64,000 nt of DNA from Macrostomum hystrix (GCA_950097015.1 CATNEN010000003.1:3286001-3350000); one strand, 5' to 3'; counted from the stretch's first letter, positions 13,553 to 28,084 are shown. Notes: generated from the sequence alone by a model not told the origin. Program-made: numbers and translations.

Positions 13553-16500
13553 CTCTCTGATCCGTCATGTCACCCACCTACACCTCCCTCTCTGATCCGT
13601 CATGTCACCCACCTACATCTCCCTCTCTGATCCGTCATCTCACCCACCTACACCTCCCTCTCTGATCCGTCATGTCACCCACCTACATCTCCCTCTCTGA
13701 TCCGTCATCTCACCCACCTACACCTCCCTCTCTGATCCGTCATCTCACCCACCTACATCTCCCTCTCTGATCCGTCATCTCACCCACCTACACCTCCCTC
13801 TCTGATCCGTCATCTCACCCACCTACATCTCCCTCTCTGATCCGTCATCTCACCCACCTACACCTCCCTCTCTGATCCGTCATCTCACCCAACTACACCT
13901 CCCTCTCTGATCCGTCATCTCACCCACCTACATCTCCCTCTCTGATCAGTCATCTCACCCACCTACACCTCCCTCTCTGATCCGTCATCTCACCCACCTA
14001 CACCTCCCTCTCTGATCCGTCATCTCACCCACCTACACCTCCCTCTCTGATCCGTCATCTCACCCACCTACACCTCCCTCTCTGATCCGTCATCTCACCC
14101 AGCTACATCTCCCTCTCTGATCCGTCATCTCACCCACCTACACCTCCTTCTCTGATCCGTCATCTCACCCACCTACATCTCCCTCTCTGATCCGTCATCT
14201 CACCCACCTACACCTCCCTCTCTGATCCGTCATCTCACCCACCTACACCTCCCTCTCTGATCCGTCATCTCACCCACCTACACCTCCCTCTCTGATCCGT
14301 CATCTCACCCACCTACACCTCCCTCTCTGATCCGTCATCTCACCCACCTACACCTCCCTCTCTGATCCGTCATCTCACCCACCTACACCTCCCTCTCTGA
14401 TCCGTCATCTCACCCACCTACATCTCCCTCTCTGATCCGTCATCTCACCCACCTACACCTCCCTCTCTGATCCGTCATCTCACCCACCTACAACTCCCTC
14501 TCTGATCCGTCATCTCATCCACCTACATCTCCCTCTCTGATCCGTCATCTCACCCACCTACACCTCCCTCTCTGATCCGTCATCTCACCCACCTACACCT
14601 CCCTCTCTGATCCGTCATCTCACCCACCTACACCTCCCTCTCTGATCCGTCATCTCACCCACCTACAACTCCCTCTCTGATCCGTCATCTCACCCACCTA
14701 CATCTCCCTCTCTGATCCGTCATCTCACCCACCTACACCTCCCTCTCTGATCCGTCATCTCACCCACCTACACCTCACTCTCTGATCCGTCATCTCACCC
14801 AGCTACATCTCCCTCTCTGATCCGTCATCTCACCCACCTACATCTCCCTCTCTGATCCGTCATCTCACCCACCTACATCTCCCTCTCTGATCCGTCATCT
14901 CACCCACCTACACCTCCCTCTCTGATCCGTCATCTCACCCACCTACACCTCCCTCTCTGATCCGTCATCTCACCCACCTACACCTCCCTCTCTGATCCGT
15001 CATCTCACCCACCTACACCTCCCTCTCTGATCCGTCATCTCACCCACCTACACCTCCCTCTCTGATCCGTCATCTCACCCACCTACACCTCCCTCTCTGA
15101 TCCGTCATCTCACCCACCTACATCTCCCTCTCTGATCCGTCATCTCACCCACCTACACCTCCCTCTCTGATCCGTCATCTCACCCACCTACAACTCCCTC
15201 TCTGATCCGTCATCTCATCCACCTACATCTCCCTCTCTGATCCGTCATCTCACCCACCTACACCTCCCTCTCTGATCCGTCATCTCACCCACCTACACCT
15301 CCCTCTCTGATCCGTCATCTCACCCACCTACACCTCCCTCTCTGATCCGTCATCTCACCCACCTACAACTCCCTCTCTGATCCGTCATCTCACCCACCTA
15401 CATCTCCCTCTCTGATCCGTCATCTCACCCACCTACACCTCCCTCTCTGATCCGTCATCTCACCCACCTACACCTCCCTCTCTGATCCGTCATCTCACCC
15501 ACCTACATCTCCCTCTCTGATCCGTCATCTCACCCACCTACATCTCCCTCTCTGATCCGTCATCTCACCCACCTACACCTCACTCTCTGATCCGTCATCT
15601 CACCCAGCTACATCTCCCTCTCTGATCCGTCATCTCACCCACCTACACCTCCTTCTCTGATCCGTCATCTCACCCACCTACATCTCCCTCTCTGATCCGT
15701 CATCTCACCCACCTACACCTCCCTCTCTGATCCGTCATCTCACCCACCTACACCTCCCTCTCTGATCCGTCATCTCACCCACCTACACCTCCCTCTCTGA
15801 TCCGTCATCTCACCCACCTACACCTCCCTCTCTGATCCGTCATCTCACCCACCTACACCTCCCTCTCTGATCCGTCATCTCACCCACCTACATCTCCCTC
15901 TCTGATCCGTCATCTCACCCACCTACACCTCCCTCTCTGATCCGTCATCTCACCCACCTACAACTCCCTCTCTGATCCGTCATCTCATCCACCTACATCT
16001 CCCTCTCTGATCCGTCATCTCACCCACCTACACCTCCCTCTCTGATCCGTCATCTCACCCACCTACACCTCCCTCTCTGATCCGTCATCTCACCCACCTA
16101 CACCTCCCTCTCTGATCCGTCATCTCACCCACCTACAACTCCCTCTCTGATCCGTCATCTCACCCACCTACATCTCCCTCTCTGATCCGTCATCTCACCC
16201 ACCTACACCTCCCTCTCTGATCCGTCATCTCACCCACCTACACCTCCCTCTCTGATCCGTCATCTCACCCACCTACATCTCCCTCTCTGATCCGTCATCT
16301 CACCCACCTACACCTCCCTCTCTGATCCGTCATCTCACCCACCTACACCTCACTCTCTGATCCGTCATCTCACCCAGCTACATCTCCCTCTCTGATCCGT
16401 CATCTCACCCACCTACACCTCCTTCTCTGATCCGTCATCTCACCCACCTACATCTCCCTCTCTGATCCGTCATCTCACCCACCTACACCTCCCTCTCTGA

Positions 16501-16808
16501 TCCGTCATCTCACCCACCTACACCTCCCTCTCTGATCCGTCATCTCACCCACCTACATCTCCCTCTCTGATCCGTCATCTCACCCACCTACATCTCCCTC
16601 TCTGATCCGTCATCTCACCCACCTACACCTCCCTCTCTGATCCGTCATCTCATCCACCTACACCTCCCTCTCTGATCCGTCATCTCACCCACCTACATCT
16701 CCCTCTCTGATCCGTCATCTCACCCACCTACACCTCCCTCTCTGATCCGTCATCTCACCCACCTACATCTCCCTTTCTGATCCGTCATCTCACCCACCTA
16801 CATCTCTC
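13553..16808. repeat. 35-bp minisatellite (CTCTCTGATCCGTCATCTCACCCACCTACACCTCC), ~93 units
   Basis: Period of 35 (420 bp = 12 units). Confidence 0.98.
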
Positions 16809-17559
16809 TCAATGCTTCCAACAATATCTAATGTCGTCCTTCGCCCCTGCATAGTTACAATCCTGCAAACTTCTTCATTGGCCGTCAGTTTTAATCAATC
16901 TCAACTTCACCAATGTCTAATTTTGAGTTGACGAAGATTTTCTTGAACTCAAGCTTAGGAATGAGTTTGCGTCTTACTCAAACTCAACCAGTGGATATTA
17001 TTTAAACAAAGTAGTTATATTTATAATTTATACTGCATATTGTATACTTCTTAAGTAGTGCAAAATTGAATAGAAACGCAAGAAGAGACGCAAAATTATT
17101 CAAACGGAAATTATGTGTTCCAGGTACTTCCTTTAGTGGCGATTTTCAAGAAAAGACTAACTGCTATGCAATACTAACTCAACACACTGCCTCTATTAAC
17201 CATTGCTTCATTTAATTTTGGCTATTTACTCTGACCGAATTTTTTCTTTATTTACACTCTGCGATAAGAATAGATTATTTTAGAAAATATTCAATCCTGT
17301 TTGAAAAACTGTAATCATCTTTCGTGATGTTTTATGAACAGGTGCATTTTCTAGTAATTTTTGGGTCTTGTAGTTTCACTTCTCATTTTTGCTTTTGTAC
17401 TCGAAATTATTGATTAGCCGTTAATAATTCCAGCTCACACGAACAAGCATCTAATTATGCTGCATCGAAGGCTGAGCCAAGTAAAGGCAGTGCCTAGGCG
17501 ACAAGCAGAACATGCTGTAGGATGTAAGGATAGCAACTGGCTAAACACCTAGTCTAATA

Positions 17560-19920
17560 GGAGGAGAGGTGGTGAAAAAGAGAAAAGGTGGGTGTGTGAA
17601 GGAGGAAAGGTGGATGTGTGAAGGAGGAGAGGTGGATGTGTGAAGGAGGAGAGGTGGATGTGTGAAGGAGGAGAGGTGGGTGTGTGAAGGAGGAGAGGTG
17701 TGTGTGTGAAGGAGGAGAGGTGTGTATGTGATGGAGGACAGGTGGGTGTGTGAAGGAGGAGAGGTGGATGTATGAAGGAGGACAGGTGGGTGTGTGAAGG
17801 AGGAGAGGTGGATATGTGAAGAAGAAGAGGTGGATGTGTGAAGGAGAAGAGGTGGATGTGTGAAGGAGGAGAGGTGTGTATGTGAAGGAGGAGAGGTGGG
17901 TATCTGAAGGAGGAGAGGTGGGTGTGTGAAGGAGGAGAGGTGGGTGTGTGAAGGAGAAGAGGTGGATGTGTGAAGGAGGAGAGGTGGGTGTGTGAAGGAA
18001 AAGAGGTGGGTGTGTGAAGGAGAAGAGGTGGATGTGTGAAGGAGGAGAGGTGGGTGTGTGAAGGAGGAGAGGTGTGTGTGTGAAGGAGGAGAGGTGTGTA
18101 TGTGAAGGAGGACAGGTGGGTGTGTGAAGGAGGAGAGGTGGATGTATGAAGGAGGACAGGTGGGTGTGTGAAGGAGGAGAGGTGGATATGTGAAGAAGAA
18201 GAGGTGGATGTGTGAAGGAGGAGAGGTGGATGTGTGAAGGAGGAGAGGTGGGTGTGTGAAGGAGAAGAGGTGGGTGTGTGAAGGAGGAGAGGTGTGTGTG
18301 TGAAGGAGGAGAGGTGTGTATGTGAAGGAGGACAGGTGGGTGTGTGAAGGAGGAGAGGTGGATGTATGAAGGAGGACAGGTGGGTGTGTGAAGGAGGAGA
18401 GGTGGATATGTGAAGAAGAAGAGGTGGATGTGTGAAGGAGGAGAGGTGGATGTGTGAAGGAGGAGAGGTGGGTGTGTGAAGGAGAAGAGGTGGGTGTGTG
18501 AAGGAGGAGAGGTGTGTGTGTGAAGGAGGAGAGGTGTGTATGTGATGGAGGACAGGTGGGTGTGTGAAGGAGGAGAGGTGGATGTATGAAGGAGGACAGG
18601 TGGGTGTGTGAAGGAGGAGAGGTGGATATGTGAAGAAGAAGAGGTGGATGTGTGAAGGAGAAGAGGTGGATGTGTGAAGGAGGAGAGGTGTGTATGTGAA
18701 GGAGGAGAGGTGGGTATCTGAAGGAGGAGAGGTGGGTGTGTGAAGGAGGAGAGGTGGATGTATGAAGGAGGACAGGTGGGTGTGTGAAGGAGGAGAGGTG
18801 GATGTGTGAAGGAGAAGAAGTGGATGTGTGAAGGAGGAGAGATGGATGTGTGAAGGAGGAGAGGTGGATGTTTGAAGGAGGAAAGGTGGATGTATGAAGG
18901 AGGAGAGGTGGATGTGTGAAGGAGGAGATTTGGATGTGTGAAGGAAGAGAGGTGTGTATGTGAAGGAGGACAGGTGGGTGTGTGAAGGAGGAGAGGTGGA
19001 TGTATGAAGGAGGACAGGTGGGTGTGTGAAGGAGGAGAGGTGGATATGTGAAGAAGAAGAGGTGGATGTGTGAAGGAGGAGAGGTGGATGTGTGAAGGAG
19101 AAGAGGTGGATGTGTGAAGGAGGAGAGGTGGGTATCTGAAAGAGGAGAGGTGGGTGTGTGAAGGAGGAGAGGTGGATGTATGAAGGAGGACAGGTGGGTG
19201 TGTGAAGGAGGAGAGGTGGATGTGTGAAGGAGAAGAAGTGGATGTGTGAAGGAGGAGAGGTGGATGTGTGAAGGAGGAGAGATGGATGTGTGAAGGAGGA
19301 GAGGTGGATGTTTGAAGGAGGAAAGGTGGATGTATGAAGGAGGAGAGGTGGGTGTGTGAAGGAGGAGAGGTAATGTGTGAAGGAGGAGAGGTGGATGTGT
19401 GAAGGAGGAGAGGTGGGTGTGTGAAGGAGGAGAGGTAATGTGTGAAGGAGGAGAGGTGGATGTGTGAAGGAGGAGAGGTGGATGTGTGAAGGAGGAGAGG
19501 TGGATGTATGAAGGAGGAGAGGTGGGTATGTGAAGGAGGACAGGTGGGTGTGTGAAGGAGAAGAGGTGGGTCTGTGTGAAGGAGGAGAGGCGGTTGTTGA
19601 GGAGAAGAGGTGGGTGTGCTGGAGATGAAGTGGGTGTAAACGAGGAGAGGTGGGTGTAAAGGATGAGAGGTGGCTGCGTAAAGCAGGAGGGGTGGGTGTG
19701 TGAAAGACGAGAGGCGGTTGTCCAGTTGGAGAGGTGGGTGTGGTCGAAGAGAAGTTGGTGTAAAGGAGGAGAGGTGGTGTAAAGGATGAGAGGTGGGTGT
19801 AAAGGAGGAGAGGTGGGTGCAAAAGGATGAGAGGAGGGTGTAAAGGAGGAGAGGTGGGTGCAAAAAAGGAGGATGGTTGGTGCGTGATGGAGGAGAGGTG
19901 GGTGTCAAGGAGGTGGGTGT
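17560..19920. repeat. 22-bp purine-rich minisatellite (GAAGGAGGAGAGGTGGATGTGT)
   Basis: Direct reading; degenerates at the right end. Confidence 0.97.
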
Positions 19921-20442
19921 GAAGAAGTAGTAGTGACTACTAGGAATTGCGGTCGCATTTATGAGTGAGATCATTTGGCAGGGAAATCACAGATGCCAGA
20001 TCAGATTGAATCTTTTGTTACCTTAATCAAACAGATAGACTTCAAAATGACAAGATATAGTAACATTCCTTCTTCACAAAAGATTAGGTGTCAAAAATTA
20101 ATCAAAGAGTAATGAAATGACCCAGAAGCATGCATTTTAGTTAGATATGTTCCCAATTTTCTTGCTACAATTGGCAAAAGAAAATGTGTAGCCACTCGAT
20201 TTGTTCCACTAAATCCAGATATGTATCACCTTCCGAAGACGTGCAAAGATTGTGGAACTTATTAGTGCACCGAGATTATACCCCGGATCCAATGAGGTCT
20301 CATTAGGAGGAGTAAATTGGGAACGAGATGAAGGGGCATTTAATTCCCACTAGAGATCGTTGGTTCGTAATTTGAATCGCCTTCGTTTTTTACAGTCTTG
20401 TCTATGCAAACTAGTGCTATAGTGATACTATAATTCAATGGT

Positions 20443-21535
20443 GAAGATCTCTTCTCACCTGTTGTAGATCTCTTCTCACCTGTTGTAGATCTCTTCTCAC
20501 CTTGTTGTAGATCTCTTCTCACCTGTTGTAGATCTCTTCTCACCTGTTGTAGATCTCTTCTCACCTGTTGTACATCTCTTCTCACCTGTTGTAGATCCCT
20601 TCTCACCTATTGTAAATCTCTTCTCACCTGTTGTAAATCTCTTCTCACCTTGTTGTAGATCTCTTCTCACCTGTTGTAAATCTCTTCTCACCTTGTTGTA
20701 GATCTCTTCTCACCTGTTGTACATCTCTTCTCACCTGTTGTAAATCTCTTCTCACCTGTTGTAAATCTCTTCTCACCTGTTGTACATCTCTTCTCACCTG
20801 TTGTAAATCTCTTCTCACCTGTTGTAAATCTCTTTTCACCTGTTGTAAATCTCTTCTCACCTGTTGTACATCTCTTCTCACCTGTTGTACATCTCTTCTC
20901 ACCTGTTGTAGATCTCTTCTCACCTGTTGTAAATCTCTTCTCCCCTGTTGTACATCTCTTCTCACCTGTTGTAGATCTCTTCTCACCTTGTTGTAGATCT
21001 CTTCTCACCTGTTGTACATCTCTTCTCACCTGTTGTAAATCTCTTCTCACCTGTTGTAAATCTCTTCTCACCTGTTGTACATCTCTTCTCACCTGTTGTA
21101 CATCTCTTCTCACCTGTTGTAAATCTCTTTTCACCTGTTGTAAATCTCTTCTCACCTGTTGTACATCTCTTCTCACCTGTTGTACATCTCTTCTCACCTG
21201 TTGTAGATCTCTTCTCACCTGTTGTAAATCTCTTCTCCCCTGTTGTACATCTCTTCTCACCTGTTGTAGATCTCTTCTCACCTGTTGCAGATCTCTTCTT
21301 ACCTGTTGTACATCTCTTCTCACCTGTTGTACATCTCTTCTCACCTGTTGTACATCTTTTCTCACCTGTTGTACTTTTTTTCTTAGCTGTTGTACTTTTT
21401 TTCTTACCTGTTGTACTTTTTTTCTTACCTGTTGTACTTTTTTTCTTAGCTGTTGTACTTTTTTTCTTACCTGTTGTACTTTTTTTCTTACCTGTTGTGT
21501 ATTTCTTCTTATCTTTTGTATATCTCTTCTCACCT
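20443..21535. repeat. 21-bp minisatellite (TCTCTTCTCACCTGTTGTAGA)
   Basis: Direct reading. Confidence 0.97.
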
Positions 21536-22259
21536 AAAGTACATTACGTTTGTTGAAATTGATTAGATATCTCCTTACCAGTTGTTAAGAAGTGATTCTA
21601 ACCTACCTTCTTACCTGTCATCCAGCAGCTAAGTGCCCTGCTACTAAACAAAAAATTGAAAGCTGAACTCATTGACACAGTTATTTTAAGCTCTGATGTC
21701 GAATACTTTTTAATTGAGCTACAAACGTTGCATCAGAAGCAGCAGCAAAACACTTTTATCAAAGGACTTATAAATTCTTAATTAACTAAAGAAAAAAAAG
21801 TGATAAGTCTATTGGGAATTGAGCTGTGTATCCCGACTTTGCAACACGTGCGCCATGCGACTAGCGTGAATCGTGACGGAAAATACAATCAGCCCGACAG
21901 AAACCTTCGCGCCGTCTTTGATTGACAGGCTAGATATTGACGCACACGATTCAATAAGCCGAGGGAGGTGTTGACAAGTTCAGTGCAAGCAGGGAACTAC
22001 CTTTTGCCGCGTGTGTGTGCAATGTACAGTGGGATTGCGTTTTTTAAGGCATGCTCGACGTTTGTTAATATTACCAGAAATTCGTACTTGTTGGGATAAA
22101 AGAAATCTTTTTTTCTGACGTCTCTCTTCTGACTGTAAAATGATTTTGGCTATAAAGAATTTCTGTGGAATTTTGATGCAGCAAACTAATGCCGAGAAGG
22201 TGAAGAGAGGTGTGGGCAGAGGTCAGAGATAAGATAGGAAAAACGTAAGAACAGGGGAC

Positions 22260-23375
22260 AGGGAAGGGGAGAGGATGTGGGAGAGGATGTGCGAGAGGAA
22301 GTGTGAGAGGGACAAGTGTGAGAGGGACTGGGAGAGGAAGTGGGAGAGGAGGTAGGATAGAGAATCGGAGAGGGAATGGGAGAGGAGGTAGGAGAGAGAA
22401 TGAAGGAGGGAATGTGAGAGGGAATAGGAGAGTAGGTAGGAGAGAGAATCGGAGAGGGAATGGGAGAGGAGGTAGGAGAGAGAATGAAGGAGGGAATGTG
22501 AGAGGGAATGGGAGAGTAGGTAGGAGAGAGAATCGGAGAGGGAATGGGAGAGGAGGTAGGAGAGAGAATGAAGGAGGGAATGTGAGAGGGAATGGGAGAG
22601 GAAGTATGAGAGGGAATGTGAGAGGGAATGGGAGAGGGAATGGGAAAGGAAGTAGGAGAGAGAATGAAGGAGGGAATGTGAGAGGGAATAGGAGAGTAGG
22701 TAGGAGAGAGAATCGGAGAGGGAATGGGAGAGGAGGTAGGAGAGAGAATGAAGGAGGGAATGTGAGAGGGAATAGGAGAGTAGGTAGGAGAGAGAATCGG
22801 AGAGGGAATGGGAGAGGAGGTAGGAGAGAGAATGAAGGAGGGAATGTGAGAGGGAATGGGAGAGGAAGTATGAGAGGGAATGTGAGAGGGAATGGGAGAG
22901 GGAATGGGAAAGGAAGTAGGAGAGAGAATGGGAGAATGAATGGGAGAGGGAATGGGAGAGGGAATGTGAGAGGGAATGGGAGAGGAAGTAGGAGAGAGAA
23001 TGGGAGAAGGAATGGGAGAGGGAATGGGAGAGGGAATCAGAAAGGAAGTAGGAGAGAGAATGGGAAAGGGAATGTTAGAGGGAATGTGAGAGAGAATGGG
23101 AGAGGGAATGTGAGAGGGAATGTGAGAGGGAATGTGAGAGAGAATGGGAGAGGGAATGTGAGAGGGAATGTGAGAGGGAATGTGAGAGGGAATGGGACAG
23201 GGAATGGGAGAGGAAGTAGGAGAGAGAATGGGAGAGGGAATGGGAAAGGAAGTAGGAGAGAGAATGGGAAAGGGAATGTTAGAGGGAATGTTAGAGGGAA
23301 TGTTAGAGGGAATGGGACAGGGAATGGGAGAGGGAATGGGACAGGGAAGTGGGAGAGGAAGTGGAAGAAAGAAGG
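22260..23375. repeat. 12-bp-based purine-rich repeat (GAGAGGGAATGG)
   Basis: Direct reading. Confidence 0.95.
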
Positions 23376-24267
23376 ATAAAAAGGGAGAAATGCCAAGAAA
23401 ACTGAATGAAAAATAAGAATTCAGTGAGAGCTGGCAGGCTAATAGCGTTACCACTGCAGGAAATAGAGACCAGATGATTGAGGCGCAATGAGGAAATAGT
23501 TCAGGAAATTTTCTGCGATCTCTCGATCTGCGATCTGCCAGGTGAATAATGGCAAATGAAATTTAAGCACTGCAGTAAAAAAATGTTTGTCACCCTGCAG
23601 CCTCCGTGGAGACTGTCGGCCACCCACCTCCCTCCCTCCATTGGCCTTGGCTTCAGGAGAGAAAGGGCCAAATTGCAAAGTACATCCCAACCCATTCACT
23701 GAGGCTCATTGACTAAATCCTATCCTAGTGCCGTCTCGCACCTGCCTTCTCCCGTACCCTGCATTTTCACAGTGGAAAGTGATAATACTTTTCTTTGAGC
23801 TCAGTCTTGTCAGGTGTGAGAGCACGTTTTTTTCTCGCTTTTTTTCACGCCTGTACCTATAAGACTTTGCTCAAGAACCAACGCCTATTTGCGTTGTCTC
23901 GCATAAATTCTGACTGTCTGGCTGTCGCATTCTCCAGCTAAGAAACATAACCCTTTATAGTGCACCCACTTAGCAAATGAATGAATGTACTATAGTACAA
24001 TTCAGATTCACCCCAACTAATTTTTGTTGCTAACAAAATTTCCTTACGTGTCACAATTTTGGTGCCGATCTCGACTAACAGCGCATCGATTCAACAGTGG
24101 GAGTGTAACAAAATACTCGTAGATAGATCTGATTGATTAGAATTACACATTCTACACAGTTCCTCGGAGGGCCGCCATAATTACAACGAGATACGAACTT
24201 CCGACGCTAGGCTAAAAGCTCTGGATTTAATGTATTGCATTCATACGAGAATATATATTTATTAAAT

Positions 24268-24273
<6 letters not shown>

Positions 24274-24312
<39 letters not shown>
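24274..24312. repeat. (CTG)n microsatellite
   Basis: Direct reading. Confidence 0.9.
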
Positions 24313-24314
<2 letters not shown>

Positions 24315-24747
24315 TTAGCACGTGTTAATCAGCTGTCAGTAAAACTTTGTTAAAAAAGAAATGGAGAATTTTTAATTTGTTTTAATAACACCATCGTGAA
24401 CTAGGACCTGTTCTGAAAAGTAGTTTGCACTTTTAAATATATAAGAACAGAAGAGAAAAATGGGAAGTTGATGACTTTATATAAATTCTGAACTCTTCGT
24501 GGTGAAACGCGTAAAACCTTTGGGGACATTACAGAACTACTTCAAAAAGCAATTTAAAGTCAGACATACAGGTTTGGAACAGGTTTTCGATTTTAATGCA
24601 CCGTGCAATGTAGAACAGCGTTTTAAAAAAGTTGGAAAAGTAAAAAAAATTGTACAAGTCAAATAGGTCTAGGGTCTTGTGGGAGGTTTGGTAGTTTGGT
24701 AGTTGGACTAGATAAAGGAGATTAAAAATTAATGTAGATTGGGGTAG

Positions 24748-25302
24748 GAGAGTGGGGTAGGGTTCAAGGTAGAGTGGGGTAGGGTTCAAGGTAGAGTGGG
24801 GTTGGGTTCAAGGTAGAGTGGGGTAGGGTTCAAGGTAGAGTGGGGTAGGGTTCAAGGTAGAGTGGGGTAGGGTTCAAGGTAGAGTGGGGTAGGGTTCAAG
24901 GTAGAGTGGGGTAGGGTTCAAGGTAGAGTGGGGTAGGGTTCAAGGTAGAGTGGGGTAGGGTTCAAGGTAGAGTGGGGTAGGGTTCAAGGTAGAGTGGGGT
25001 AGGGTTCAAGGTAGAGTGGGGTAGGGTTCAAGGTAGAGTGGGGTAGGGTTCAAGGTAGAGTGGGGTAGGGTTCAAGGTAGAGTGGGGTAGGGTTAAAGGT
25101 AGAGTGGGGTAGGGTTCAAGGTAGAGTGGGGTAGGGTTCAAGGTAGAGTGGGGTAGGGTTCAAGGTAGAGTGGGGTAGGGTTCAAGGTAGAGTGGGGTAG
25201 GGTTAAAGGTAGAGTGGGGTAGGGTTCAAGGTAGAGTGGGGTAGGGTTCAAGGTAGAGTGGGGTAGGGTTCAAGGTAGAGTGGGGTAGGGTTCAAGGTAG
25301 AG
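24748..25302. repeat. 22-bp G-rich minisatellite (AGAGTGGGGTAGGGTTCAAGGT), ~25 near-identical units
   Basis: Direct reading. Confidence 0.97.
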
Positions 25303-25829
25303 TTCTAAAGCTGTGTGGTTGGAGTGTTCTAAGGCAGTGCAATAATCATATACATAACATAAAAATCTATAGAAGTGTCAGTAAGTGTCAAAATAGCAAG
25401 GAAGAAAGAACTAACTCAGGCAGTAATTTGAGATACAATTGTATAATGCAATATTCTCCTATACAGCTCGCATATGTACACAAATCAATTGAGTAGAGGA
25501 CGAGGGGGGTCTGCGAGGTCTCGCTGGAGCACATTTAAATTCTCGAGACGTCTCACTTTCTTGATCCTCGAAAAATAGCTCACGCACTCACGCATTGGCA
25601 TATGTCTCCTTTGCAAAAGCTCCTCTTCTACTTGCTCACAATTCTCTTTAGCACCGTGAGTACACTTTATCGAAGACTCAATAATATATGCAGCCAAATA
25701 TTGTCAATTTCTATTGCACTTTTGTTAGACAGACAAATTTCATTTTACGCTCATAGTAATGGCTTTTTAATCACCAACCCTTGGGTACAGAGACGGGGAG
25801 AAAGAACGAGACAAAGATAGAGAAAGGTT

Positions 25830-26760
25830 AGAGGAAAAGGGAGAGAGAAAAAGGCAGACAGGAAGTGAGAGAGAGAGGAAGGGAGAGCGAGGAAGGAAGA
25901 GAGGAAGGGAGAGAGGAAGGGAGAGAGGAAGGGAGAGAGGAAGGGAGAGAGGAAGGGAGAGAGGAAGGGAGAGAGAGGAAGGGAGAGAGAGGAAGGGAGA
26001 GAGGAAGGAAGAGAGGAAGGGAGAGAGGAAGGGAGAGAGGAAGGGAGAGAGAGGAAGGGAGAGAGAAAGGAAGGCAGAGAGGAAGAGAGAGAGGAAGGGA
26101 GAGAGGAAGGGAGAGAGGAAGGGAGAGAGGAAGAGAGAGAGGAAGGGAGAGAGAGGAAGGGAGAGAGAAAGGAAGGCAGAGAGGAAGGTAGAGAGGAAGA
26201 GAGAGAGGAAGGTAGAGAGGAAGGTAGAGAGGAAGAGAGAGAGGAAGGTAGAGAGGAAGGTAGAAATGAAGGCAGAGAGGAAGGTAGAGAGGAAGAGAGA
26301 GAGGAAGGGAGAGAGGAAGGGAGAGAGGAAGGGAGAGAGAGGAAGGGAGAGAGGAAGGGAGAGAGGAAGGGAGAGAGAGGAAGGGAGAGAGAAAGGAAGG
26401 GAGAGAGGAAGGTAGAGAGGAAGAGAGAGGAAGGGAGAGAGAGGAAGGGAGAGAGGAAGGGAGAGAGAGAGGAAGGGAGAGAGAGGAAGGAAGAGAGGAA
26501 GGGAGAGAGGAAGGGAGAGAGGAAGGGAGAGAGGAAGGGAGAGAGGAAGGGAGAGAGGAAGGGAGAGAGGAAGGGAGAGAGGAAGGGAGAGAGAGGAAGG
26601 GAGAGAGAGGAAGGAAGAGAGGAAGGGAGAGAGGAAGGAAGAGAAGAAGGGAGAGAGAGGAAGGGAGAGAGAAAGGAAGGCAGAGAGGAAGGTAGAGAGG
26701 AAGAGAGAGAAACGAAGGGAGACAGGAAGGGAGAGAGGAAGGGAGAGAGGAAGGGAAGAT
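25830..26760. repeat. Polypurine 12-bp repeat (GAGAGGAAGGGA)
   Basis: Direct reading. Confidence 0.95.
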
Positions 26761-27289
26761 GGACGAAGAGACAGAATTATAAAAGAGCAAAGGTATGATC
26801 ACAAGTGAGATTTCATCATTCCCTCGAGTCAGAAACTATGATAGCAAAAGGCCAACTCAATAAATCAAGTTTATTTTTTAAATAATCACTGCCCTCCAAC
26901 AATGTCACCAGTTGATTGTTTCGCCGGTCCTGGAAGCAAAGTCCACGCTTCGGTGAATGACTTCTAGTGACGTTTTTTATTAATCAATTTCTAACCCGAT
27001 ATATGCTTACTTAACTTTTTTGTTGCACTCAACCACTTTCTGCATGATTGATTTCTGATGTGGAATGCTCAACCACAACTCACCCCCCAGAGGTCGGTGA
27101 CATAGCCCACACACCTCTCTGAGTACACTTCATCAGTCCCGTTGCTTACACTCTATAATACTTTTAACTTTCTGATACTCACTTTGAAGTTTGTCGCGTG
27201 CATTTTTCTTGGATTTCCGAACTCGATACCAATTCTATCGATTTTATTGTACCGTTCAATTTTCTCCTTTCTCACACCTTTATTGTCTT

Positions 27290-27700
27290 ATTGTCTCCTC
27301 TCTCCGCTCTCCTCTCTCCTCTCCTCTCTCCTCTCCTATCTCCTCTCTCCTCTAGTCTCTCCTCTTCTCTCTCCTGTCCTCTCTCCTCTCTCTTCTCTGC
27401 TCTCTACTCTCTCCTCTCTCCTCTGTCCTCTGTCCTCTCTCCTCTGTCCTCTGTCCTCTCTCCTCTGTCCTCTCTCCTCTGTCCTCTGTCCTCTCTCCTC
27501 TGTCCTCTCTCCTCTGTCCTCTGTCCTCTCTCCTCTGTCCTCTCTCCTCTGTCCTCTCTCCTCTTATCTCCTCTCTCTTATCTCCTCTTTCTTATCTCCT
27601 CTCTCTTATTCCTCTCTCCTCTCCTCTCTCCTCTCTCCTATCTCCTCTCTCTTATCTCCTCTCTCTTATCTCCTCTCTCTTATCTCCTCTCTCCTCTTTC
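27290..27700. repeat. Polypyrimidine 7-bp-based repeat (CTCTCCT/CTGTCCT)
   Basis: Direct reading. Confidence 0.9.
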
Positions 27701-28084
27701 TATTTAGGTCTCTCCGCGATCTCACCTTTCTATTTTCTATCTCTTGGCCTCTACTAATTTTTTTACTTCTTAACAGTCTGCAATCATATAATTTTCTGTT
27801 CAAACATCACAAATTATTCCAAATTTAATTAACTTTGTATGGAAAGAATTTTTTTGCTTCTTGTATCGAGTGTATAGTAGGCCAAGAACATCATTTCAAG
27901 CTACGAGTATGCGCCTACGTATTAAATAAAAGTCAATAACAGTATTTACAGTCGTATACTCGTACAAGTAAATATGAAAAATCAACAATTTAGTTCAAAA
28001 GAAATTTGCATTTTGATGATCGTCTGAGAATGGCCCCAATCAATTTTCATCGACCATAAAATAATAATAGCTTGTCATATTTGC

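Noticed and set aside
17549-19974. 757-aa and 806-aa His/Pro/Ser-rich ORFs
   Set aside because: Translations of a 22-bp repeat that lacks stops in several frames; not credible genes.
20340-23454. Coiled-coil-like (QQVRRDL)n and RG-rich ORFs
   Set aside because: Minisatellite translations with frameshifting indels and no splice or homology support.
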